64,000 bases of DNA from Deltaproteobacteria bacterium (lineage in GTDB: Bacteria; Desulfobacterota; BSN033; UBA1163), in the NCBI GenBank assembly GCA_020059605.1, contig JAGVBT010000044.1:42554-106553 (forward strand), in the 5' to 3' direction. The position numbers and the translations under genes are program-made. Under the pieces are notes generated by a model, which worked only from the letters and a program-made list of their open reading frames with translations, did not search any database and was not told where the DNA came from. Below are positions 1 through 8,215 of the stretch, piece by piece; position 1 is the stretch's first letter; every line of letters begins with the position of its first letter.

Positions 1-971
1 AGCATACTGCTCCCGTAGACCCGGCCGTCCGGACCCAAACCTACGACAAAAACAAAAGCGCCCGAAGCCTCATGCCGGAGGGAGATCTCTTTTTCTTCCT
101 TCGTCGTCGGATTCAGGATTTTGAGCATACGGCCATCAATCAGATGGAACGTTCGGCCGTCCGAAAGACCTCTTTTAAGAAATGGAATCTCCTGCTCCGG
201 AACCTCGCGGAGATTCTTTCCATCTTCAATGCGATACCACTTGCCCGATGGAAGCTTCGCATAGACCTTCCCATCCTCTCCCCTGGTCAAGCTGAGCCAG
301 CCGGACCTTCTTTCCTCGAACGGAATAAGGGAAGCCCGGGACTCTTTGACCGGGTCGAAGACGACAATGTCCGTCTTCTCAAAACGGATGGCACAGTAGA
401 TCCGTCCGTCCCCGCCCGCGGTGGGATAACAGTAAAACTGTGTTTCATCCATCCGGCCGAAATTCTTTGTCTCGCCCGTTTTCGGATCAAAAGAGAAGAG
501 TTTGGCAGAGGGAAACGTCCCGCCCCAGATTTTTCCATCCGGAGAAACCGTGAGCGCGCAGATGAAGGATTCGCTTTCTCCCCCGGGTCGCCCTAAATCA
601 TCCCACTTTTCGGTCTTCGGATCGAAACGGAGGAGGCGGGCATGGTAGTAACTACCCAGGTAGATCCGGTTCTCCTGATCCACTGCAAATCCCCAGGAGC
701 CCATCTCATCAGGAAGGGGACCGTCATATTGACGGATCTCACCGGTATCGGGATGGACAGCCAACAGCGAGACGGATTCCTTATAACGGCCGAGAACGAT
801 GTAGATCGTGTCCTGGCTGCCGCTTTTCCCCGGACCCGCATAGACGCCCCAAGCGACCCCTTCCTTGACCGGCGCGCCGAGATTATGAAATGCAAAAGAA
901 CCCTCAGGCTGGAAACTGAGAGAGATGAAAAAGAGGATAGTAAAGAAATATTTTAAGAGGTGATGGTTCAT
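1..971 (-). CDS. Secreted beta-propeller repeat protein (partial; the 3' end runs off the left window edge)
   Basis: An uninterrupted minus-strand frame runs from the ATG at 969-971 to position 1. It is absent from the ORF track because there is no stop in the window. The N-terminus MNHHLLKYFFTILFFISLSF is a signal peptide, and SPDGKIWGG/GPDGRVYGS-type blade motifs recur. The plus-strand ORFs here (72..596, 642..956) lie in its shadow. Confidence 0.6.
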   Translation of the reverse strand, partial: MNHHLLKYFFTILFFISLSFQPEGSFAFHNLGAPVKEGVAWGVYAGPGKSGSQDTIYIVLGRYKESVSLLAVHPDTGEIRQYDGPLPDEMGSWGFAVDQENRIYLGSYYHARLLRFDPKTEKWDDLGRPGGESESFICALTVSPDGKIWGGTFPSAKLFSFDPKTGETKNFGRMDETQFYCYPTAGGDGRIYCAIRFEKTDIVVFDPVKESRASLIPFEERRSGWLSLTRGEDGKVYAKLPSGKWYRIEDGKNLREVPEQEIPFLKRGLSDGRTFHLIDGRMLKILNPTTKEEKEISLRHEASGAFVFVVGLGPDGRVYGSSM

Positions 972-1145
972 CAGAAATAACTCCCCCTTCGCTCCCTCTT
1001 AACATAAGAGGGGGGTATTCCTCTCCTTAAAATAAGTCGATCAGACCCGGCCACGGGGGGAGGATAGGAGGGGTTATGGGTCATGGTCTCGATACTTTCA
1101 ATGGATGAACTATCTTGAGACTTTTAATAACCATTGATCCATATT

Positions 1146-2084
1146 CTATATGACGGGTTCTGTGTCCGGAGCAGGGGGAACATTGGTGACGGAATTCGTT
1201 GCCTCCGTCGCGGCTACGGTCGCCTGGGGTTTTGGTTTCCTCTGGCGTGGCCGCCATCGGGATCTCTGGGTCTTTCTTTCTTTGACCTCCTTCTTCTCTT
1301 TCGGCTCCGCCGGCACGCCTTTCTTCCCTTCCTTCCCGAAACCGGCGATGACATAAGTCCCGCTTCGGGCATCGGTCCGGAGATGAATCACCCCTTCCTT
1401 TTCAGCATCCTCCAGGAGGTCACTGAAGGTCCGGTAGCCATGATAGGATTCATTGAAGGAAGGCTTCTTCCGCTTCATCGTTTCTTTGACCAGGGAGGAC
1501 CAGAGCACTTCTTTATTTTCTCGGACAAGAGCCACGACGGAATCCACCAGGAGCTGGAAGGCCTCTTTCTTCTTCTCAGGCATGTCTTTTTCAATTTTCG
1601 GGGGGGTGCCGATCGATCGTTCCAGGTCTTCATAGTAGATGAATTCGTCGCAGTTATCGACTAAAAGGTTGGAGCTGGATTCCTTCATTCCAAGGCCGAT
1701 CGCCCGTTTCCCGTTCTCCTTCAGCTTGGAGACTAAGGGAGAGAAGTCGCTGTCGCCGGAGACGATGACAAAGGTGTCGATATGTTCCTTCGAATAACAG
1801 AGGTCGATGGCATCCACGCAGAGGCGGATGTCTGCTGAATTCTTTCCGCTCAACGAACGCTTCGGAATCTCGATCAGTTCGATGGCCGCTTCGTGCAGGG
1901 GCCTTTTATATTCGGAATAATCGGCCCAATCGGCATAAGCCTTTTTCACGATGATCTTCCCTTTTTCGACCAGTCGTTCGAGGACTTTCTGAATATCGAA
2001 GCGTTTATCCTTCTTGCCTCTAAAACCGAGGGCAAGGTTCTCAAAATCGATAAAAACCGCCAGGGTATGTTCTGCTTCAGCCAT
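1146..2084 (-). CDS. NYN (LabA-like) nuclease-fold domain protein with a C-terminal OST-HTH/LOTUS domain
   Basis: The N-terminus AVFIDFENL...IVSGDSDFSPLV matches the NYN/LabA pattern. The C-terminal SYHGYRTFSDLLEDAEKEGVIHL resembles the OST-HTH RNA-binding domain, followed by a basic tail. Confidence 0.65.
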   Translation of the reverse strand: MAEAEHTLAVFIDFENLALGFRGKKDKRFDIQKVLERLVEKGKIIVKKAYADWADYSEYKRPLHEAAIELIEIPKRSLSGKNSADIRLCVDAIDLCYSKEHIDTFVIVSGDSDFSPLVSKLKENGKRAIGLGMKESSSNLLVDNCDEFIYYEDLERSIGTPPKIEKDMPEKKKEAFQLLVDSVVALVRENKEVLWSSLVKETMKRKKPSFNESYHGYRTFSDLLEDAEKEGVIHLRTDARSGTYVIAGFGKEGKKGVPAEPKEKKEVKERKTQRSRWRPRQRKPKPQATVAATEATNSVTNVPPAPDTEPVI

Positions 2085-2241
2085 ATGCTCTCCTTTCCCT
2101 AAAGCCTCCTACAATGAAACGACACATTTGTAAACCTCTTGGGAAACTGTGTCTAAATATCAAAAAACCTCATTCTAAATCTTTGGAGGCCGACGAGCTC
2201 TCCCCCTTTTCTTTTGGTTGCGACACAGTCTCTGGCAATGT

Positions 2242-2658
2242 TCATCTTCTCTTTCGAGGAGTCTGCCCGAGATAATCCCGGGGCCGGCAGATCTTTACTC
2301 CATTGACCGTATGTCCGAAATATCTTCCGGAATGGGTTCCATCGCCGGTCAGCAAATAATCGGCTTGAATCGAAATGGCAGCCATGAGCACGGGCCGATC
2401 TTTTTCCGGCAATTCAATCGGACAGGGAAGAGTGAGATCCACCTCAGGGACAATATGAACCTCGGACAAATAATCCTCCAGCCTTTTTGTTTGCTCGGGA
2501 CGAGAGAGGTTGCGATTCGCCTCCTCGACCACAAAGTGAGAAGCAAAGAGCATACAGCGCTTCTGCCGGGTGAGCTCCCATAACCGGTTCAAGCCGGAAC
2601 TTCCGTAAGCTACCGAGAACAGGATGTTCGCATCAAGAAAAAGCCGGTCGACGGTCAT
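2242..2658 (-). CDS. vapC: PIN-domain ribonuclease toxin VapC
   Basis: 138 aa with LFLDANILFS and an acidic PIN signature. It overlaps the upstream antitoxin gene by 4 nt. Confidence 0.75.
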   Translation of the reverse strand: MTVDRLFLDANILFSVAYGSSGLNRLWELTRQKRCMLFASHFVVEEANRNLSRPEQTKRLEDYLSEVHIVPEVDLTLPCPIELPEKDRPVLMAAISIQADYLLTGDGTHSGRYFGHTVNGVKICRPRDYLGQTPRKRR

Positions 2659-2951
2659 CGGCGCCTTGGTCTCTCGTGAAGAATGGTCTTAGGGTCGATC
2701 CCCAGTTTCTTAACCTCTTTAAGGGCGAATGCATAGTCCTCGCGAGTGACCGCATTATTTAAGAGGAATTCGGCCTTTCTTTCGGGGGTATATCTTTCCA
2801 TGGGCAGAGTCACCGCCGGTCGCAGGAGGACTCCTTCCTCCCGTGCCTCTGCGACCACCAGGGATCCTTCTTCAAGCCCGTACTGGCGGCGGAGGCCCGC
2901 CGGAATGACCACGGCCCCGCGTTTTCCGATTTTCGTCGTCTCGATGCGCAT
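2655..2951 (-). CDS. vapB: AbrB/SpoVT-family antitoxin VapB
   Basis: 98 aa. The N-terminus RIETTKIGKRGAVVIPAGLRRQYGLEEG is a swapped-hairpin AbrB fold. There is an ATGA overlap with vapC. Confidence 0.7.
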   Translation of the reverse strand: MRIETTKIGKRGAVVIPAGLRRQYGLEEGSLVVAEAREEGVLLRPAVTLPMERYTPERKAEFLLNNAVTREDYAFALKEVKKLGIDPKTILHERPRRR

Positions 2952-2986
2952 GGAGCACCACCTCTAATTTTCAGATTATCAGATAT

Positions 2987-3787
2987 TCAGACCTCTGTCA
3001 AGACGGACCGGACCCCTTTCTTCAGAAGTGTGATCCTTGGCATTCCCGAGATGGGATTTTCATCGACCCACACCCTGCAACCGTAAACCTTTTCGATATT
3101 TGCCCGGGTGATGACCTCGCGGGGTGATCCGATCTTAAAAATCGTTCCTCCCTGAAGAAGGATCAGCCGGTCACAATATTCGGAGGCGATGTTCAGGTCG
3201 TGGGACGCCATGGCGATCGTCAGTCCTTTTTCACGGTTGAGGTTCAGGATGAGTTCGAGAAAATCGACCTGGTGATGAATATCAAGGTTTGCCGTGGGTT
3301 CGTCCAGAAGAATCACCTCCGGTTCCTGGACCAGCGCCCTTGCGATAAAGACCCTCTTGCGCTCGCCCCCTGAAAGTTCATCAATCAATCTCTCGCCGAT
3401 CGGAAGGGTCTCCGTCCACTCCATCGCCTTTTTGGCAATTTCAAGATCCCTGGCCCCTTCGAACATAAGACGACCCAGGTGAGGCGATCTCCCCATCAGA
3501 ACCATTTCTATCACACGAAAGGGAAATAGGGAATAGGCTTCCTGGGGAACCACGGCGATCTTCCTTGCAATCTCTCCCTGGCTCATCTCCTTTAACGGAA
3601 CAAGGTCCAGGAGGATTTCTCCTTTTTGAGGAGTGAGGAGACGGCAAAGCGTTTTAAGAAGAGTGCTTTTACCGGATCCGTTGGGACCGATCACGCCGAT
3701 GAATTCCCCCTTCCGGATCTGGAAGGAGATCTCCCGGAGCACCCAGTCCTGTCGATAGCGGAAAGAGACGGAATGAAGATCGATCAC
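2987..3787 (-). CDS. btuD: ABC transporter ATP-binding protein (cobalamin/iron-siderophore type, BtuD/FepC-like)
   Basis: Walker A GPNGSGKST, the signature LSGGERKRV and Walker B ILLDEPT are present. The likely true start is GTG at 3785-3787, overlapping the permease stop (GTGA). The 80 N-terminal codons of the track ORF overlap the permease gene. It lies in the riboswitch-controlled operon. Confidence 0.8.
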   Translation of the reverse strand: MIDLHSVSFRYRQDWVLREISFQIRKGEFIGVIGPNGSGKSTLLKTLCRLLTPQKGEILLDLVPLKEMSQGEIARKIAVVPQEAYSLFPFRVIEMVLMGRSPHLGRLMFEGARDLEIAKKAMEWTETLPIGERLIDELSGGERKRVFIARALVQEPEVILLDEPTANLDIHHQVDFLELILNLNREKGLTIAMASHDLNIASEYCDRLILLQGGTIFKIGSPREVITRANIEKVYGCRVWVDENPISGMPRITLLKKGVRSVLTEV

Positions 3788-4815
3788 AGCGTCTTCACCA
3801 CCTTTCTCTTTCTCAGGAGGTAGATGAAGAAGGGGCCGCCAAAGGCCGCGGTGATCACACCCACGGGAAGCTCGACCGGCGCCAGGAGTGTCCTGGCAAG
3901 GGTGTCTGAGGCGATCAGAAAGGATGCGCCGATCAGGGCGGAAGCAGGCAGGAGAAGTCGGTGGTCCGGTCCGAAGAGGAGTCGAACCGAGTGAGGAATG
4001 ATCAGGCCCACGAAGCCGATCAGGCCGCACAGGGAGACCGAGGCCGCCGTCATCAGAGAAGCGGAGAGATAAGAGATGATCTTCAATCGCTCCACATCCA
4101 CGCCCAACTGCAGCGCGTTTTCTTCGCCCGAAAGAATCAGGTTCAGATGGCGTGATCTCCAGTAGAGCAGGAAAAAACCTGCCCCGATATAAGGAAGGAC
4201 GATGCCGATGGCCCGGGGATTTGCAAAACTGAAATTTCCCATCAGCCAGAAGAGGATCGTGTGGAGCTCCTCTTTCTGGGAGATCGAGAGTAAGAACATG
4301 ATGATGGCCGAGAGAAAGGACCCGGTGATGACCCCTGCGAGGAGCAGGACATTGGGATGAATCTTTCCTTCCTGTTTTCCGAAATAGAAGACCAGGGCAA
4401 TGGTGATGAGCGCGCCCGCAAACGAGGCCAGGGGGAGGCCAAAGGAGAGGGCGCTTAACCCCAGAAGGATGGCGATGATCGCACCCACGGCCGAGCCGCT
4501 GGAGACGCCGAGGATATAGGGATCGGCCAGGGGATTTCTCAGAAGGGCCTGAAACACAGCGCCCGAAACAGAGAGCCCGGCTCCAACCAACCCCGCCAGC
4601 AGGGCCCTCGGAAACCGGAGGGAGAGGATGATCGTCCTTTCCATCTCGGTCCCGGTCTCCGTCAGGCCCAGGAGCGACTGGACGAGGATAGAGACCGAAT
4701 GTTTGGGTTCAACTTTGACGCTCCCCACCATCACCGAGAAGAGAATGACCAACACCAGGAGAGCGGCAAGAAGAAAAGAGACGGTGATGACTTTTTTAAG
4801 AGTAAGGATCTTCAT
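3784..4815 (-). CDS. btuC: FecCD-family ABC permease (BtuC/FepD-like)
   Basis: 343 aa polytopic membrane protein. The conserved glycine-rich FecCD segments are present. Confidence 0.8.
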   Translation of the reverse strand: MKILTLKKVITVSFLLAALLVLVILFSVMVGSVKVEPKHSVSILVQSLLGLTETGTEMERTIILSLRFPRALLAGLVGAGLSVSGAVFQALLRNPLADPYILGVSSGSAVGAIIAILLGLSALSFGLPLASFAGALITIALVFYFGKQEGKIHPNVLLLAGVITGSFLSAIIMFLLSISQKEELHTILFWLMGNFSFANPRAIGIVLPYIGAGFFLLYWRSRHLNLILSGEENALQLGVDVERLKIISYLSASLMTAASVSLCGLIGFVGLIIPHSVRLLFGPDHRLLLPASALIGASFLIASDTLARTLLAPVELPVGVITAAFGGPFFIYLLRKRKVVKTL

Positions 4816-4827
4816 TCAAATCTCATT

Positions 4828-4879
4828 GCCCCCTCACCCCCTCCCTCTCCCCGTTGGGGAGAGGGGAAGGGTGAGGGGT
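4828..4879. repeat. Dispersed repeat family 1: GC-rich hairpin CCCTCTCCCC-N3-GGGGAGAGGG flanked by GGGTGAGGGG (full copy)
   Basis: CCCCTCACCCCCTCCCTCTCCCCGTTGGGGAGAGGGGAAGGGTGAGGGG is a near-perfect 23-bp-arm palindrome between btuC and btuF. Related copies are at 36961-36992, 37119-37150 and 63607-63646. Confidence 0.8.
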
Positions 4880-4886
4880 GCTAATT

Positions 4887-5867
4887 TTACATTGGTTTTT
4901 TAAATCGATCCGGGTGAATCAACCTTGCCATCTCCTCCAGTCCATTGATGATTCTCGGAGCGGGACGATCGATCAGGTCCGAATCGATCAGGTGAATCCT
5001 GCCATGCTTCACAGCCGGAATCGTCTTCCATCGTTTCCATTCCCGCAAGACCCTCTCGTAATCTCCTCCCGGGTTCATCGAACTGACGAGGATCACCTCC
5101 GGCGATCTCTTCAGAATCTCCTCCATTCCCAGCCGGGGATACATCTCTCGATCCTTTCCCGAAATATTTTCACCGCCTGCGAGCCGGATAAGATCGTCGG
5201 CAAAACTCCCCTTTCCGACCGTCACAATGGGCGCCTCTCCGATCTGGAGAAAGACTTTCGGGCGAGAAATGGACCGGATCTGATCGGCCACCCTCTCCCT
5301 CCGCCTCTTCATCTCCTCAATCATCGAGACAGCCTCCTTCTCCCGTGCAACGGCCTGGCCGAGGAGACGAATGCTCCGGAGAACGTCATCAAACCTCTTT
5401 GGAAAGATCACAAAGGTCGGAAACCCCAACCTCTCCAATCGTTCCACCATCTCCCGGGTATTTCCGGATCCCGTGGCAATCACCAGGTCGGGCTTCAGCG
5501 AGATAACCCGCTCATAGTCGATGTGAATATAGCTTCCCACCTTCACCCGGTTCTTCACCTTCTCGGGATAGTTGCAATGGATTGACACCCCCACAACCTC
5601 CTCATCAAGGCCCAGGCTGAAGAGGATTTCCGTGATATTGGGAGCCAGGGAGACAATCCGCCTCGGAGGATAAGGAAAGGTAACTTCCCTGCCCACTTCA
5701 TCCTTCAATGTGATGGCTGGGGAATATGAAACCGACGTGCAGGTGAGAATGAGTACTGAAAGCAGGGTCATTGCCGGCGCAAACAAACCGATCTTTTGGA
5801 GCGTATTGCCCCGGGGTTTCATCCCTTGCAATGACGTCTTCTTCATGCTCTTGATCCATGGAGACAT
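4887..5867 (-). CDS. btuF: Periplasmic cobalamin/Fe3+-siderophore binding protein (BtuF-like)
   Basis: There is a signal peptide, and the class III PBP pattern PRRIVSLAPNITEILFSLGL...VSIHCNYP is present. The start is ambiguous (M1, M8 or M16). Confidence 0.75.
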   Translation of the reverse strand: MSPWIKSMKKTSLQGMKPRGNTLQKIGLFAPAMTLLSVLILTCTSVSYSPAITLKDEVGREVTFPYPPRRIVSLAPNITEILFSLGLDEEVVGVSIHCNYPEKVKNRVKVGSYIHIDYERVISLKPDLVIATGSGNTREMVERLERLGFPTFVIFPKRFDDVLRSIRLLGQAVAREKEAVSMIEEMKRRRERVADQIRSISRPKVFLQIGEAPIVTVGKGSFADDLIRLAGGENISGKDREMYPRLGMEEILKRSPEVILVSSMNPGGDYERVLREWKRWKTIPAVKHGRIHLIDSDLIDRPAPRIINGLEEMARLIHPDRFKKPM

Positions 5868-5874
5868 GGGGATC

Positions 5875-6738
5875 TCACCGAAGCTGAAAGGTAACGGGGA
5901 TGTTCACCCAGACGAGGACCGGGGATTCATCCTTCTTCGCGGGGATAAACTTCCACTGTTTCACTGCCGAGATGGCGGAACGGTCCAGGATGTCATGGCC
6001 CGAGGAACGCCTTATCTCGATCTCTCCCACCCGGCCGCTTGAAAGCACTTCCACCCTCAACACGACCTCTCCTTCGTATCCCTTCTTCCTCGCCTCCCGG
6101 GGATAGAGGGGCTGGGGATTCTCGGCATACCGGGGTTGAGCAAAAACGATTTCATTTTTGTTGAAAGAAAGGTTTTTTGCCGCCGCCCCGGGTGGTTGGG
6201 GAGAACTGATTTGGGGAATGGATTGTGTGTCGTTTTCTGATAAGGACCGGGGCGACTCCCTGACAGAAGCGACCTTTGTTTCACTTGGAAGGAATGGAAC
6301 GGATAAAGGTTCTTCATCCCTTTCTTGTTTCTGGCTTGGTTTTGCAACTTCAACCCTCTCGACCTGGGTTGGTTTTCTCTCCTCTTCGGTTCGTACAGGC
6401 GCCGGATCTTCGATGATCGCCTCCCGTTTCTCGGCTGTTTGCAAGGGTTCTTTCTCTTTATTCGGCATGGCTGCAGGGAAAGGTTCCCACGGTTCTGACC
6501 GGTCCGATACCGGGATACCGTTCCCAACCGAACTCTGGACTTCCACCCTTCGGTTTAAGTTTCTCACTGGCTCTTTTTTTCCCACGGTTAGGGGGAGTAA
6601 GGACACCTTGATCGGATGGACCGGAACGGAGGAAAGCCTAGTGAGTGGGAAAAAGATGGAAAAAATGGAGAAGACCAGGACATGGCCCGCCAATGAGATG
6701 AATAAGAAGTGTTTCAGGTTCCGATCTCTGCTCATCAT
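5875..6738 (-). CDS. tonB: TonB-family energy transducer
   Basis: An N-terminal TM anchor, a Pro/Glu/Lys-rich spacer and the C-terminal TonB domain ...GYEGEVVLRVEVLSSGRVGEIEIRRSSGHDILDRSAISAVKQWKFIPAK are present. It is the first gene after the riboswitch. Confidence 0.8.
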   Translation of the reverse strand: MMSRDRNLKHFLFISLAGHVLVFSIFSIFFPLTRLSSVPVHPIKVSLLPLTVGKKEPVRNLNRRVEVQSSVGNGIPVSDRSEPWEPFPAAMPNKEKEPLQTAEKREAIIEDPAPVRTEEERKPTQVERVEVAKPSQKQERDEEPLSVPFLPSETKVASVRESPRSLSENDTQSIPQISSPQPPGAAAKNLSFNKNEIVFAQPRYAENPQPLYPREARKKGYEGEVVLRVEVLSSGRVGEIEIRRSSGHDILDRSAISAVKQWKFIPAKKDESPVLVWVNIPVTFQLR

Positions 6739-6751
6739 CTGTAGGATGCAA

Positions 6752-6790
6752 TAAAAAACCCGATCTTCGGGAGAAAGACCGGGGTCATAT
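6752..6790 (-). terminator. Riboswitch expression-platform terminator hairpin plus U-tract
   Basis: The minus-strand RNA ...GACCCCGGUCUUUCUCCCGAAGAUCGGGUUUUUUAU lies about 14 nt upstream of the tonB start codon. Confidence 0.5.
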
Positions 6791-6834
6791 CAACATCACC
6801 CTTCACAGCCTTCCACCGAAGACCTGTTGTGAAG

Positions 6835-7020
6835 TGCGTTCAGGCAGGTTTTCTGGCTTACGGATCATCCTAATCCCTGCCCCTTCCCATCCTTCGACCC
6901 TTCGATAAACTCAGGGCTCAGGACAGTGGTTGCCGGCAGGTTTCGTCCCCGATTACAGCGGCGTGGCCGTCCCCGATTTCCACGGGGTTCCCTTATTCTG
7001 GCTTGGCGCCACCTGAACGC
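6835..7020 (-). promoter_or_regulatory. Cobalamin (B12) riboswitch aptamer
   Basis: The minus-strand RNA reads GCGUUCAGGUGGCGCCAAGCCAGAAUAAGGGAACCCCGUGGAAAUCGGGGACGGCCACGCCGCUGUAAUCGGGG...CCACUGUCCUG...GGGAAGGGGCAGGG...AGCCAGAAAACCUGCCUGAACGC. This carries the conserved GGUG, AAGGGAA, GUGGAAAUC, CCGCUGUAA, CCACUG, GGGAAGG and B12-box GCCAGnnnACCUGCC elements. A 9-bp P1 stem (GCGUUCAGG/CCUGAACGC) closes the aptamer. Confidence 0.9.
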
Positions 7021-7155
7021 AGATCAATTGTTTATAAATTACCATAATATTCGGCTTAATGTCAAATTTATTGAGTTTACATTTAGCCTAAAATATTGTA
7101 GAAGGAAGATAATTGCAGGTTTTTTAGGGATGGCTTCACGGGAGAAGGAGGGCAT

Positions 7156-8124
7156 ATGAACTTTCCTCAATACCGGCCCAGAAGGTTACGAAAGGATGAT
7201 CTCTTCCGTAGAATGATCAGGGAGACTCACCTCCGGCCGGACGACCTCATCCTTCCCCTCTTTGTCCGTCCTGGCAAAGGGGTAAAAAAACCCATCTCCT
7301 CGATGCCCGGCCATTTCCAGTACTCCATCGATCTCCTGATCAAAGAGGTCAAGGAAGCTAAAGCCTTGGGGATTCTTGGCGTCATCCTCTTCGGTATCCC
7401 GGAAAAGAAGGATGAAGCGGGTTCGGAAGCCTACTCAGAGGACGGGATCATCCAGAGGGCAGTGAAACAGATCAAAGAGAAAGTGGATGGAATCCTTATC
7501 ATCACCGATGTCTGCCTCTGCGAATATACGAGCCATGGACATTGCGGCGTGGTAAGGGACGGAAGGATCCTGAACGATGAAACCCTTCAACGGCTTGCTT
7601 GCCAGGCCCTCTCGCATGCCGAGGCCGGTGCGGACATCGTCGCCCCTTCTGATATGATGGATGGGAGGGTGGGGGCCATCCGGAAAGTCCTTGACGAAAA
7701 TCAATTTGAAGAGACGCCTATCCTCTCCTATGCCGCAAAATATGCCTCCGGTTTTTACGGCCCATTTCGGGTTGCCGCTGAATCGAAACCCCAATTCGGT
7801 GACCGGAAATCGTATCAGATGGACCCGGCCAATGGAGACGAGGCCCTCAGGGAGGTCCGTCTCGACATCGAGGAGGGTGCGGATATGGTCATGGTCAAGC
7901 CCGCCCTTCCCTACCTGGACATCATTTACCGTGTGAAACAGGCCTTCAACATTCCTGTGGCTGCATACAATGTGAGCGGCGAATTCTCCATGATCAAGGC
8001 AGCCTCCAAGCTGGGCTGGGTTGATGGAGATCAGGTGATGATGGAATCCCTCACCGCCATTAAAAGAGCGGGGGCGGATCTGATCCTCACCTACTTCGCC
8101 AAAGAAGCCGCAAAAAAGTTATGA
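7156..8124 (+). CDS. hemB: Porphobilinogen synthase (delta-aminolevulinate dehydratase)
   Basis: 322 aa with the Cys-rich metal site [12 protein letters not shown] and the active-site Lys region typical of HemB. Confidence 0.9.
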   Translation: MNFPQYRPRRLRKDDLFRRMIRETHLRPDDLILPLFVRPGKGVKKPISSMPGHFQYSIDLLIKEVKEAKALGILGVILFGIPEKKDEAGSEAYSEDGIIQRAVKQIKEKVDGILIITDVCLCEYTSHGHCGVVRDGRILNDETLQRLACQALSHAEAGADIVAPSDMMDGRVGAIRKVLDENQFEETPILSYAAKYASGFYGPFRVAAESKPQFGDRKSYQMDPANGDEALREVRLDIEEGADMVMVKPALPYLDIIYRVKQAFNIPVAAYNVSGEFSMIKAASKLGWVDGDQVMMESLTAIKRAGADLILTYFAKEAAKKL

Positions 8125-8175
8125 GTGAAAACCGATGAGTTCTAAATTAAAAGGAAATAATCAAAAATTAAAAAC

Positions 8176-8204
8176 TCCGAACTCCGAACTCCGAACTCCG
8201 AACT
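8176..8204. repeat. Tandem heptamer (CCGAACT) x4
   Basis: CTCCGAACTCCGAACTCCGAACTCCGAACTT lies between hemB and the radical SAM gene. In the track ORF it translates as PNSELRTPNSELRTPNF. Confidence 0.9.
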
Positions 8205-8215
8205 TTCAACTGCGG

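Noticed and set aside
72-956. Plus-strand ORFs 72..596 and 642..956, and minus-strand ORFs 287..538 and 593..895
   Set aside because: All lie inside the long uninterrupted minus-strand frame of the beta-propeller gene (complement 1..971). They are low complexity with no motifs, and are treated as shadow ORFs.
2987-4030. 347-aa version of the ABC ATPase, with an 80-aa Pro/Arg-rich N-terminal extension
   Set aside because: The extension overlaps the 3' end of the permease gene in another frame. A GTG at 3785-3787 overlapping the permease stop (GTGA) gives a normal-length ATPase.
4699-4884. 61-aa ORF ending ...SPPPSPRWGEGKGEGC
   Set aside because: It is a translation of the family-1 GC-rich hairpin inside the btuC 3' region and spacer.
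8135-8215. N-terminal 27 codons of the radical SAM ORF (MSSKLKGNNQKLKTPNSELRTPNFQLR)
   Set aside because: They are encoded by the AT-rich leader and the CCGAACT tandem repeat. The radical SAM CxxxCxxC lies a typical 15 residues after the internal Met at 8216.
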